From a virus (Duplodnaviria > Caudoviricetes): 64,000 nt of DNA. The translations under genes and the position numbers were made by a program. The notes under the pieces are model-generated. The model was given only the letters and a program-made list of their open reading frames with translations, had not been told where the DNA came from and did not search any database. The stretch's first letter is position 1. Every line of letters starts with the position of its first letter. The stretch is taken from the IMG/VR virus record IMGVR_UViG_3300033463_000012. One strand, 5' to 3'. Below, piece by piece: positions 46,759 to 55,704 of this stretch.

Positions 46759-47096
46759 GATTTTACCTCCTTCTTTGCATAGAATTTAGCCATCCTGTTT
46801 TCTGCACAATTTCTGAATTCCTTGAAGTCCTCTGGTCCTTTTATTGTCCATGCCCTCCAACCTGATCTTATTCCGTTTATTGGCGGATAGTTTATGTAGC
46901 GCAACTTCACATGAGGTTCCATGAAATTGTTATAGTCGATGCAATACCATTCGGAATTGCTCAGTCCACTGTATTTGAAATCGAATCTGACTTCTTCTTC
47001 ATTGAACCAATAATGCCTTCCACTGTATTCCTTCAACTGTTCATTGAGGAATTCGACAACCATATTGAAAAGCAATCTACTTTGGAATCCTGACAT
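46755..47096 (-). CDS. shared-helix-motif family protein (FQSRLLFNMVVEFL)
   Basis: N-terminal motif. Confidence 0.7.
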   Translation of the reverse strand: MSGFQSRLLFNMVVEFLNEQLKEYSGRHYWFNEEEVRFDFKYSGLSNSEWYCIDYNNFMEPHVKLRYINYPPINGIRSGWRAWTIKGPEDFKEFRNCAENRMAKFYAKKEVKS

Positions 47097-47400
47097 ATCC
47101 ATCCAACATGTGTTCAAGTGTATTGAGGTTGTCCTTGTTTATGTACAGATGCATGCTGTAGTTGTAATAGCCAGAATGAGGAAGATGAACATGCAATATG
47201 ATGTTGTCTTTCTTCCCGGAATCGCACAGGATGTAGACGTAGTCATCTCTGGTCGCCTTTCTGACATCGGGATATTCAGCACGGAAGCAAGCATGACTTT
47301 TGTTGATATGATCGATTGTCCAACCACGTTCAATGGACCAATTCTTCATCTTGGTCACCACTATGTTGAAAACCAACTGTTGTTCAAATGTCACCGGCAT
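47077..47400 (-). CDS. shared-helix-motif family protein (FEQQLVFNIVVTKM)
   Basis: N-terminal motif. Confidence 0.7.
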   Translation of the reverse strand: MPVTFEQQLVFNIVVTKMKNWSIERGWTIDHINKSHACFRAEYPDVRKATRDDYVYILCDSGKKDNIILHVHLPHSGYYNYSMHLYINKDNLNTLEHMLDGYVRIPK

Positions 47401-47707
47401 AGGTGTCCAAAAGGTGTTCGATTTCATTCAGGTTTTCCTTGCCGATTTCGAAGATGTCTCCTTGACTACGACTGTTCGGGAATATAATGACCAATGTCGT
47501 GCGTCCAAATTCATCTGACCAGAAATTCGTTTCGATGATGACCTTTATATGACCGTCCTTGCGATATATGTCATCTTTGTCGCAAACCACATCGAACCTT
47601 GATTCCGTTTTATGAACATATCTTGTGGTCCAGCTATGATTTTCGGCCCACTGCTTCACCTTGTTTGCTGCAATCTTGTAGATCAGCTCTTGTTCAAATT
47701 CATTCAT
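47384..47707 (-). CDS. shared-helix-motif family protein (FEQELIYKIAANKV)
   Basis: N-terminal motif; paralog of 47077. Confidence 0.7.
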   Translation of the reverse strand: MNEFEQELIYKIAANKVKQWAENHSWTTRYVHKTESRFDVVCDKDDIYRKDGHIKVIIETNFWSDEFGRTTLVIIFPNSRSQGDIFEIGKENLNEIEHLLDTYAGDI

Positions 47708-48045
47708 CGCGCCCACCTGTCCAAATAATGAGGAATCAACTTTATGCTTGATTTGTCCTCAATGTAGAATATCCCGATTTTTTCATAATTTTCCGTTTCG
47801 ATCACCTTCAAATAGACACCATCGGGACAGCTGATGTAGGGGTCGGGAACAGCACCGGCACAGTCAGGGATTTCAAGGTCGGGCTTGTATTGAATCACCA
47901 CCCTCTTTTTCCTGTCCTTGTTCTCGAAAGCATAACCTACTGTTGGACACGATATGACAGATACATATTTCTTGTCCTTGTTCCATTCATCGAATTTGCC
48001 CAAGGCGATTCTCATAAGCAACTGATGTTCGTAGCTGATGCTCAT
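47704..48045 (-). CDS. shared-helix-motif family protein (YEHQLLMRIALGKF)
   Basis: N-terminal motif. Confidence 0.7.
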   Translation of the reverse strand: MSISYEHQLLMRIALGKFDEWNKDKKYVSVISCPTVGYAFENKDRKKRVVIQYKPDLEIPDCAGAVPDPYISCPDGVYLKVIETENYEKIGIFYIEDKSSIKLIPHYLDRWAR

Positions 48046-48401
48046 AGCTGCAGATTCCTCATCGTTCCCATGTAGTTTCCACCGAACGTCAACCAATGGT
48101 TTATTACAATTTCAAGTTGTTCGGCTTCACTTGGTTCCCTTACGGTGTAGAAGAAATTGTAGCAATTCATGTTCCTGTCGCAGTTCAACAAATCCTCGTA
48201 GTCCTTGAAAGTCAACTGAACGTCCACACCTTCGAGAGGATCGTTTGGTATGCACTTCAGGCACATCTTTGCATAATTGCAGAATGAGACCTCGAACATG
48301 TCTTCATAGTCATATTCGATTTCCCAGCCACCTCTGGTCGCGATGTCCTTGACTACATATTTGACCATGTTGAAAAGCAAACCAGTTCTGAACTTGTACA
48401 T
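48042..48401 (-). CDS. shared-helix-motif family protein (FRTGLLFNMVKYVV)
   Basis: Start MYKFR after GGAG and promoter at 48425. Confidence 0.7.
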   Translation of the reverse strand: MYKFRTGLLFNMVKYVVKDIATRGGWEIEYDYEDMFEVSFCNYAKMCLKCIPNDPLEGVDVQLTFKDYEDLLNCDRNMNCYNFFYTVREPSEAEQLEIVINHWLTFGGNYMGTMRNLQL

Positions 48402-48424
48402 AATAGGCAATTCTCCGTATTTAC

Positions 48425-48505
48425 AATATAATATCTTTTCTGCCATTTGACCAAGAAAAAGTTGTCAAAAGATGATACACCCTGGCCAAAGTTTATTATA
48501 TTATA
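48425..48505. promoter_or_regulatory. divergent early promoters
   Basis: TATTATATT on minus (48425-48433) and TATTATATTATA on plus (48494-48505). Confidence 0.7.
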
Positions 48506-48529
48506 TTTATGAACCGCTAGAGGCATTTT

Positions 48530-49180
48530 ATGTTCAAACACCCGTGGCACCCGAATATGGACAAACTCCTTGATATGTTCAAGGAAGTTGGAATCAGCAC
48601 ACAGTGGTCTGTTCAGTTTTATACAAATGACGAAAGGAAACAATTCATAACCCTGATCAAACCTTATTCTAAAAATCGATCAGTTTTTCCTGGCGTGAAC
48701 ATGGTATACATGATAGGCAAAAAATCAATTGTCTTCGAAAGAATACCATTCAGAATATGGAACCGTGACCCATTCGCGAAATTGAAAATGAGGATCATCA
48801 GGAAGTATTACAATTTTGCCCTGGACAGAATAAACTATGAATTTTCTGGCCCTCATTTCTCTGAAAATCTTTTGATGAACATGATAAGGTCCGAACTGTT
48901 GAACAAATATGGACTCAAAACCAGTTTCATTCCGAACAACAACTCATCGTCCTGTTCGAAAATTGTCTTCAATGAATCTCGCTTGAACAAAACTGACATT
49001 TGGGGAACTGGCTATTTGGTCTATTTTGAGCGGAGCTGGTTCAACCTCGGACACTTTCCTATTTGCAAGATAGTGACTGATCGCAAGGAATTCACCTTCA
49101 AACCGAACATGAACTTGAAAAGAAACGTCAAGAAATTCGTAAAATGGTTGAACAACACGTCTGAAAAGGATTTTGTATGA
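48530..49180 (+). CDS. shared-helix-motif family protein (FSENLLMNMIRSEL)
   Basis: Tandem paralog of 49177 (RIW..DP, LV.FER, N.K.NVKK). Confidence 0.75.
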   Translation: MFKHPWHPNMDKLLDMFKEVGISTQWSVQFYTNDERKQFITLIKPYSKNRSVFPGVNMVYMIGKKSIVFERIPFRIWNRDPFAKLKMRIIRKYYNFALDRINYEFSGPHFSENLLMNMIRSELLNKYGLKTSFIPNNNSSSCSKIVFNESRLNKTDIWGTGYLVYFERSWFNLGHFPICKIVTDRKEFTFKPNMNLKRNVKKFVKWLNNTSEKDFV

Positions 49181-49842
49181 TCGTCTCGACCCAAAACACC
49201 AAGTGGCGATATTATTTCCTGCAGAGAAACGATTTCATCAAGACACAAGGTGAAATACTTCAGCGTGTTGTCAATGATATGTATGACAAATATGATCTGA
49301 TGTGCGTTTCGGTGGAATGTCATCGGTATTACAGTTTGTCATTCATGTATAGGAATCAGAAAACAACCCCACCAATAAGCTACCTTGTATTTGAAGAACA
49401 CAAGCATTCTGTCGTCTTTAATGGGTGGATCAGAATTTGGCGCCATGATCCTTTGATTTCCCTGAAGTTGAAACTGATTCAGTGGTTGATAAAGAGGAAT
49501 TTGAACTTTCAGCAGTGGAAAATAGACAGTCCTTTTTTCACCGATGAACTTCTGGTCAATATGATTCGGCTGGAAATGAAGACCAAATATGGAATAGAAA
49601 CCAGGTTCGAGCCAAAGAAGGGTGATCGCATGCATTCGATTCTTGACTACACCCTTCCTGGGAAAAAGCAAGAAGACTGGTCGCTGGTTTGGTTCGAAAG
49701 GTTTTTAGGCAAACCCGTATGCGTCATCTTCAAAGGTCAAGGAATGGTTTTGACGAAGATTCGACCTGGACGGAATTTCAAAAAGAATGTGAAGAAATAC
49801 GTTGACTATATTGTAGAATATGGAAAAACCCATAACACATGA
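49177..49842 (+). CDS. shared-helix-motif family protein (FTDELLVNMIRLEM)
   Basis: Tandem paralog of 48530. Confidence 0.75.
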   Translation: MIVSTQNTKWRYYFLQRNDFIKTQGEILQRVVNDMYDKYDLMCVSVECHRYYSLSFMYRNQKTTPPISYLVFEEHKHSVVFNGWIRIWRHDPLISLKLKLIQWLIKRNLNFQQWKIDSPFFTDELLVNMIRLEMKTKYGIETRFEPKKGDRMHSILDYTLPGKKQEDWSLVWFERFLGKPVCVIFKGQGMVLTKIRPGRNFKKNVKKYVDYIVEYGKTHNT

Positions 49843-50278
49843 GTTTGAACTGAAACTGCTGGTGAACATGATCAAGGCCAGGGTTCAGGAATTGGTCGGC
49901 GATTCTCATGTGTCGAGCTGGATGCACCAAAAAACAGTGTACATGGTGGAGTGCACATGGAACAATGGAATAGATGAATACGAAATGCTGATGTTTCTGA
50001 GAAAAACCAAGGTGGCCTATATCTTCAAAACATCGATTTCCAAAGTCATTGGATATACGGTGTACAAAGGATATTCTGGAATCAATGAAGTTTTCAAGAT
50101 GTTCAATGAGCTGCTTTCCTTGACTGTGGATTTGATCAACACTCGCAAAGACAATGAATCACTGCAGAAACAGTTGGACATACTGGTTAATGACTTCGAG
50201 CGACACTGGGAGATGATCAGATTGGAACAAGGGATTGATCTGATACCTCCGGAATGTTGTTCAGATGTCAAGGATTAG
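49820..50278 (+). CDS. shared-helix-motif family protein (FELKLLVNMIKARV)
   Basis: N-terminal motif. Confidence 0.7.
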   Translation: MEKPITHEFELKLLVNMIKARVQELVGDSHVSSWMHQKTVYMVECTWNNGIDEYEMLMFLRKTKVAYIFKTSISKVIGYTVYKGYSGINEVFKMFNELLSLTVDLINTRKDNESLQKQLDILVNDFERHWEMIRLEQGIDLIPPECCSDVKD

Positions 50279-52538
50279 GAATCAATCCAGGGTGATAGTA
50301 GAACAGCTGATGGAAACCTGAGGCATCCGGTTCGTAGCAAAGAGTGCCATAAGGATAGGTTCCGACGGATGAATTCATTATGATTGTCTTTGTGGGAATG
50401 GAGATGTGTTCATCACCAAATCTCACATTCAATAGTGCACCGCCATTGATTCCCAGAGTGAACATTCTGGCTTCTTCACCAAACCAGTGAGGAGTATCAT
50501 GCCCCAATCCAACTGAATAGTGACCAACCACAAATTCTTCGTAATCTCCAATGGTCATGCCTGAACCGAATACATATTTGTTTCTGGCGTCTTTGTTCGA
50601 TTCTGCAGTGATGGTCACGGTATTGTTCGAACCGAAGACATAAATATCCGGGAATTTTCCAACATTGTCGTCCAAACCGATATTGTTTCCAGATCCTAGT
50701 ATGTATTTGTTAGTCGGTATTTTTGACCACAAATTGCTATTGTATGCCTGCCCAATTACATTCATGTTTCCTAGAACGTAGTTTTTTGTTTGAGAATCAT
50801 GGAACAAATTGGTATCAGGTGTCAGTTCATAACCTATTGCATTGCATGAACCTAATACATAGGAATCTTCGATTTCTCCATTGATTCTTGGAACAGGTGT
50901 ACCTGGATTGCACCACGAATTGTCTACCTGATTGTTACGACCAAATATCACTGTTCTGGAGGAAAAATCATTTTCACTGGAAAATGCTTCGCCTGCATAG
51001 ATTTTGTTGTTATTTCCAACAGCTACTGTCAATTCAGGATATAGTTCAAACTCACCACTTGCATCTGTTCCAACTGGATATGCAACATTGATGGAACCGC
51101 CAATGAGCAAGGCATCTTCCAATCTTCTATGATAACTTTGAGTGGCATATTCACTCTTGTTTACGAGTGAATTCAGACCGGCTGCGGCGATCACACTCAT
51201 TACATAGTTTTCTTTATTGCAACCAGCTGTGGCTACAAGAGATTCTTCTGCATATATGGAAGATGCAGAATTACCATTTTCTGCCCAAAATGACGATTGT
51301 ATACGCAACTGATCCTTGTTTGGACCTTGATATGCAGCGAAAGCAGTATTCACATTGATGTCATTTGTGTTTATTACCGACAGGAATGAACTATTGTTTG
51401 TTATATGAAAAGTCTGACTATCGATTGAACCAGCATAAAGGTTTATTCCTAAATTTCCAGCCACCACTTCTTCTGGATTAAAAGATGAATCTGTTGTAGT
51501 TATGTCAAAAATATTGAGTGATGGCCGGCCAAAACCTGCATAAACCACTTCATTCGTGGTAGATGATTTTCCAATATATGAGAATGGTTTGAATGAACAA
51601 AGTGTATCTCTGATCTGTATTGCTGCACCATTGTCTGTGGCTATCTCATCTCCCAACACCAATCTGTTCTTGGAATACAGCCGCATATCCACTTCGTGGT
51701 CAGGATATTCCCCCACCTTCGTCCAATAGAGATTGTCAAAGGTCACGTTCTGAACTTCCGTGTCATCGGGGTTGAAACCAATCTGGAAGCTGATAGCCAT
51801 TGAATTCGACTGACCCTGATTGTTCGCGAAAAGAACAACCGGGGTGGCCAAGCAAATCATCGCCACAGGAACAGGTTCACCGCCAATATTCGTAAACAGC
51901 AGAACCTTGTTGAACCGAATGTCACCGCAAATGAAAGTGGAACTGCCCCAGGTGGATTGACATCTCAAATAGACGGTGTAATGTGCATAGGCAAGAGGAT
52001 CCTGTCCTTCTCCGGGGTCCTCGGTCGAAGTGCCGTCATAACGAACATTCTTGTACAAAAGTGATTCAGACCAAGCGGCCAAAGGCAATTGTGTTGGCTG
52101 TGTTCCACTTTCCACGAAGGAACTACCGGAAACTGATCCTAATTTGAAAGATGTGTTTCCATTCTGACCTACGACTATCGTATTTCCTACATGTGGAACT
52201 TCAGCAGTCATTGACCATTCAGGATTCTTTGCCCAACCGGATGTTTCCGTCACTGGAACATATCCTGTGGAATCCCATTGAATCAGTGAATATTTGCTTC
52301 CATTCACAAGGAAACCACCATTGAAATCCCCAGGCGCCTGCTGATTGTGGGAAGGGGTAGTCGTTCCATCGTCCATGTCGGGGCCGGGGTTGGCTTCCGG
52401 GATGGTCATCACTGTGCCGTCGGTCAGGTGGTCGTAGATCGGGAGGGACCACTTGATGTCGAATGTGGGCGTTTCACCGGAGGTCGCAATGTCGTTCAAC
52501 CCCTTGGACAATAACCAAACTAGCGTATTTTGGGCCAT
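50268..52538 (-). CDS. structural tail/baseplate-associated protein with G..N.I beta-repeats
   Basis: Repeated VLGSCNAIG/VLGNMNVIG/ILGSGNNIG/VFGSNN; CTAAATT at 52560-52566. Confidence 0.65.
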   Translation of the reverse strand: MAQNTLVWLLSKGLNDIATSGETPTFDIKWSLPIYDHLTDGTVMTIPEANPGPDMDDGTTTPSHNQQAPGDFNGGFLVNGSKYSLIQWDSTGYVPVTETSGWAKNPEWSMTAEVPHVGNTIVVGQNGNTSFKLGSVSGSSFVESGTQPTQLPLAAWSESLLYKNVRYDGTSTEDPGEGQDPLAYAHYTVYLRCQSTWGSSTFICGDIRFNKVLLFTNIGGEPVPVAMICLATPVVLFANNQGQSNSMAISFQIGFNPDDTEVQNVTFDNLYWTKVGEYPDHEVDMRLYSKNRLVLGDEIATDNGAAIQIRDTLCSFKPFSYIGKSSTTNEVVYAGFGRPSLNIFDITTTDSSFNPEEVVAGNLGINLYAGSIDSQTFHITNNSSFLSVINTNDINVNTAFAAYQGPNKDQLRIQSSFWAENGNSASSIYAEESLVATAGCNKENYVMSVIAAAGLNSLVNKSEYATQSYHRRLEDALLIGGSINVAYPVGTDASGEFELYPELTVAVGNNNKIYAGEAFSSENDFSSRTVIFGRNNQVDNSWCNPGTPVPRINGEIEDSYVLGSCNAIGYELTPDTNLFHDSQTKNYVLGNMNVIGQAYNSNLWSKIPTNKYILGSGNNIGLDDNVGKFPDIYVFGSNNTVTITAESNKDARNKYVFGSGMTIGDYEEFVVGHYSVGLGHDTPHWFGEEARMFTLGINGGALLNVRFGDEHISIPTKTIIMNSSVGTYPYGTLCYEPDASGFHQLFYYHPGLIPNP

Positions 52539-52589
52539 TTGTAGCTCCTTTGTTCCTAGAATTTAGACCTGAACATTTTTTACATTTTG

Positions 52590-52625
52590 CAGGTACACTT
52601 TGGTCAAAAAGATATTATATTATAC
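52590..52625 (+). promoter_or_regulatory. early promoter
   Basis: GTACACTTTGGTCAAAAAGATATTATATTATAC then CTGGAGG. Confidence 0.75.
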
Positions 52626-52647
52626 CTAGACCAACCTGGAGGCAACT

Positions 52648-52986
52648 ATGAAAAAGTTCATCAAAGGCATCGTGAATCTTCTGGCCCCAATAAAGCCGGA
52701 AATCTACTGCTACCTCATCTTCGCCGTCATCACATCACTTGGAATCATTGAAGTGAATGCGGCTGTTTACGCGGCACTTTTTGTCTATGCCATTGTCCGA
52801 GTCCTCAAGGTGATTGGCGCCGTGATGATGGTCATGTGCGTGAAGAATCACTACGAAGAACTCATCGAACGCTACAATGAGAAGCTGGAGGAAACTGAAG
52901 ACGAGGAAGAAAGGGAATCGATTTGCAACCTCATTGAAACCGCAAGAAAGGTGCACGAAAACTTCACCAAGAACGAAGAGGTTTGA
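52648..52986 (+). CDS. membrane protein
   Basis: Two hydrophobic segments, acidic C-terminus. Confidence 0.7.
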   Translation: MKKFIKGIVNLLAPIKPEIYCYLIFAVITSLGIIEVNAAVYAALFVYAIVRVLKVIGAVMMVMCVKNHYEELIERYNEKLEETEDEEERESICNLIETARKVHENFTKNEEV

Positions 52987-52988
52987 AA

Positions 52989-53768
52989 ATGAACCTCAAA
53001 GAAATCTCGAAAGAACTCCTCGACAACGGAATTACCTTCAAAAAGCATCGTGGAAACCTGATCACCGGCCTGTCTGTTCATGGAAAGACAAACCTGAACT
53101 TTCGCGGGGAACATGACTTCAGTCTTTCCTTCTGCAATGCGTTCGGCCATGTCTTTGCCGCCTTCTACATATCTGAATTCTTTCACGGGGTGGATCCTAC
53201 TTGCAACTTCGACGATCCTACGAATATGTATGCAAGTTGGGAAAAGTATGAAATTGACTTTTCCCTCATGAATGACGAAAACTGTCCGAGGGATTGGACG
53301 AACGGTTCGGACTGGTATTCCCTTTGGAAGGCAGAAAACACTGAAACTGTCTCAGACTTCGTCAAGAGGATTTTAGGGAAGTGGGAAGAACTCTGCAAGG
53401 TCATTCAGGAAACGAGAAAGAAGGAAGTTTCTGATCAGCTGGCCTTTAAAATCATCGAAGCCAGCGTGACCAATTTCGTCAACAAGCATGAAAATCCTGT
53501 CGTGGAAAAGGTGAATAGGAAGGCAAAGTGCAATGTTGACGGTCTGACTCTGATGTTGGAATGGACGGGATCAACTGCCAGACATCCTCTTCGTGTGGGC
53601 ATTCGGGTTTCTGACAAGGAGAATTTCGGAAATGCAGTAGAACCGTTGGAACCAAATGTCATGACGTTCAACTGGAAGTTTGATCCCAAGCGAAACGTGG
53701 AAAAGACGTTGGAAAGTGTAGTGCAGAAATACAAAGAGATGACAAATGATTTACGAAACATTCAATGA
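52989..53768 (+). CDS. shared-helix-motif family protein, distant paralog of 28380/29164
   Basis: MNLKEISKEL..NGITF...RG; VSDQLAFKIIEASV. Confidence 0.7.
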   Translation: MNLKEISKELLDNGITFKKHRGNLITGLSVHGKTNLNFRGEHDFSLSFCNAFGHVFAAFYISEFFHGVDPTCNFDDPTNMYASWEKYEIDFSLMNDENCPRDWTNGSDWYSLWKAENTETVSDFVKRILGKWEELCKVIQETRKKEVSDQLAFKIIEASVTNFVNKHENPVVEKVNRKAKCNVDGLTLMLEWTGSTARHPLRVGIRVSDKENFGNAVEPLEPNVMTFNWKFDPKRNVEKTLESVVQKYKEMTNDLRNIQ

Positions 53769-54399
53769 AATCGAAAAGATATTAAATGAATCAAACATAA
53801 AATTCCACACCGGCGGTGGACCAACTGTCGAATACTATGCATATAGTGCAGAATTGAGTGGCGACATAAAAATAGTGCACGTTGAGTTTAATGTGACCTA
53901 CTTTATGGAAATCCGATATGAACCTACAGTAGGTGGTTCCGTTCGTGAATGGCAAATAACCGCTGAATCCCTAGGAATCGAAAAGAATGGGGTAAACACT
54001 ACCATAACATTCAACGGAAAACTTGAACCGAAATACATCAATTGCAGTAAAGTCATATTTAAGTATTCATTCGGGACACCGCAACCTGTAATCGACATTT
54101 TGAAGGAATTCATCAAAAATTTCAAGCAAACAAAGTTTCAAGAGAAATTGATGTATTCCATGATGTTGAAGAAACTAAAAACCACCAACAGGTTTGCAGA
54201 GGTCAAAGGAGACAACAACAATATCATAAAATGTTACAGCAAAAACAAAACGACGGATTTGGTTGTTTTGTGCGAAATAAGGATGAACTCAATAAGGTTC
54301 ATTCGTTATGAATCCGAGAAGGAAACCGTATTCACTGGTGATTCTCAGGACATTTTGAAGAAAGCATTTGACTGCATAGACAAGCGAGAATATCTATGA
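53746..54399 (+). CDS. shared-helix-motif family protein (FQEKLMYSMMLKKL)
   Basis: Internal motif. Confidence 0.7.
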   Translation: MIYETFNEIEKILNESNIKFHTGGGPTVEYYAYSAELSGDIKIVHVEFNVTYFMEIRYEPTVGGSVREWQITAESLGIEKNGVNTTITFNGKLEPKYINCSKVIFKYSFGTPQPVIDILKEFIKNFKQTKFQEKLMYSMMLKKLKTTNRFAEVKGDNNNIIKCYSKNKTTDLVVLCEIRMNSIRFIRYESEKETVFTGDSQDILKKAFDCIDKREYL

Positions 54400-54401
54400 A
54401 A

Positions 54402-54432
54402 AAGAACCAGGGCTTTTGACCCTGGCTCTTCT
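54402..54432 (+). terminator. bidirectional terminator between convergent genes
   Basis: AAGAACCAGGG-loop-CCCTGGCTCTT. Confidence 0.7.
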
Positions 54433-54465
54433 TCCTTGTCGGGGATCCCATGAAGGGATTTTTTT

Positions 54466-55173
54466 TTAGAAACATTCTTCGATCAGGGAATTCAGCTTCG
54501 CCCTGACCTTGTCAAGAACTGCCTGACCTGATGCCTCGCTCATATCCGCGGTGTTGTGGTCATACATCCAATCGACCAAGAACTCCATTGAATCATCGAA
54601 CCAAGTCTGAACGATTCTGGCTTCTTCATTTTCTTCGTCCGGGTCAATGAAAGTGTGATACAGGCCTTTCTCCAAGATGATGTCCATTAGGTAACCTTCG
54701 GCTTCCTCTTCGAAGTCGGTGCCCTTGTCCTCGCTTTCGAATAGATCAGGTCGTTCGTCCATAAATTCTTCCTTGTCCTTTCTGTTCATCAAATACATAT
54801 AAAATTCCAGCTCGCTTTTGATCTTGTCCCGCCACTTGGAATCAAACTTGTAGTTCCTGCAGTTGGTCAGTAATTCAGAAAGCAGAGCCGAGTCGTATAT
54901 TCCGTTGTCTTCGTCCGAGGGAAAGAACTCGATGTCATCCAAGTCGGTCTGAATTTTCTCAATCCCTTCCTTCACATTCTTGTAATACCAATCTGCAAAG
55001 GGACCATATTCGATTTTTCTAGGTTCACGTCCGGTGACTTCCTTGAAGATTTCGTCCAATTCCTCTCTTGTCCGATTTTCAAAACAATCCTGAACGTCAC
55101 GCTTGGTCGCGGATTCAATGTTTGACAATTTCCCACGAACTACATGATGACCAGGAAAATATCTTTTTGCCAT
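54466..55173 (-). CDS. late acidic protein; C-terminal domain homologous to 17603..17935
   Basis: CTAAATT at 55190-55196; GGAGG RBS. Confidence 0.7.
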   Translation of the reverse strand: MAKRYFPGHHVVRGKLSNIESATKRDVQDCFENRTREELDEIFKEVTGREPRKIEYGPFADWYYKNVKEGIEKIQTDLDDIEFFPSDEDNGIYDSALLSELLTNCRNYKFDSKWRDKIKSELEFYMYLMNRKDKEEFMDERPDLFESEDKGTDFEEEAEGYLMDIILEKGLYHTFIDPDEENEEARIVQTWFDDSMEFLVDWMYDHNTADMSEASGQAVLDKVRAKLNSLIEECF

Positions 55174-55211
55174 ATAGGATCCTCCAAGTAATTTAGCCTT
55201 CTTTCTGCTGC

Positions 55212-55318
55212 ACTCTCCCTGGCTGTACAGGAGCCATTCTGAGCCAGTTTTACCTAGGGGTAGTAAGTTATAGCTACCTTTGCAGAAAATGGCTCAGAAG
55301 CCACCGCTGGAGCTCAGG
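55212..55318 (-). repeat. dispersed ~110-bp element, copy 6
   Basis: Minus-strand core GGTAGCTATAACTTACTACC at 55259-55278; TTGCAGAAAATGGCTCAGAA shared with copy 4; CTCCCTGGCTGT..AGGAGCCA shared with copy 1. Confidence 0.85.
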
Positions 55319-55704
55319 TAAGCATCTATTCTGGCCTTTGCTATCTGAGCAGTATTTTTCAGGAAGTCCAAGGCCTCTTTGATCAGAACTTTGTCATCCT
55401 GGTCGAATATAACATATTTTGACTTTGCTACCCCGTTGTCGTATCTGTAAATGAGGATAGCGGGAATTTCTCCATATTTTCCGAACATGACACTAAATTC
55501 GATGTTCAAACCACTTGCATTCGGGTATTGAAGTGGTGTTGTTTCGATTTCTATCGCCGGGTCGTTCAATACGAACACTCTCCAATCGGATTCCTTCAAT
55601 TTCTCGGCAATGATGTTTCTTGCCAATTTCATCTCAAAGGACGAATAGGAATCTATGAAAATCCCTTTGTCTTCATAGAGTTTCGGGTCGTATTTCTTGA
55701 TCAT
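55294..55704 (-). CDS. shared-helix-motif family protein (FEMKLARNIIAEKL)
   Basis: Near-N-terminal motif. Confidence 0.75.
   Translation of the reverse strand: MIKKYDPKLYEDKGIFIDSYSSFEMKLARNIIAEKLKESDWRVFVLNDPAIEIETTPLQYPNASGLNIEFSVMFGKYGEIPAILIYRYDNGVAKSKYVIFDQDDKVLIKEALDFLKNTAQIAKARIDAYLSSSGGF

Noticed and set aside
1352-55318. Dispersed element as a CRISPR array or MITE/IS
   Set aside because: Copies are kilobases apart and degenerate, with no spacers, no clear target-site duplications and no transposase in the window.
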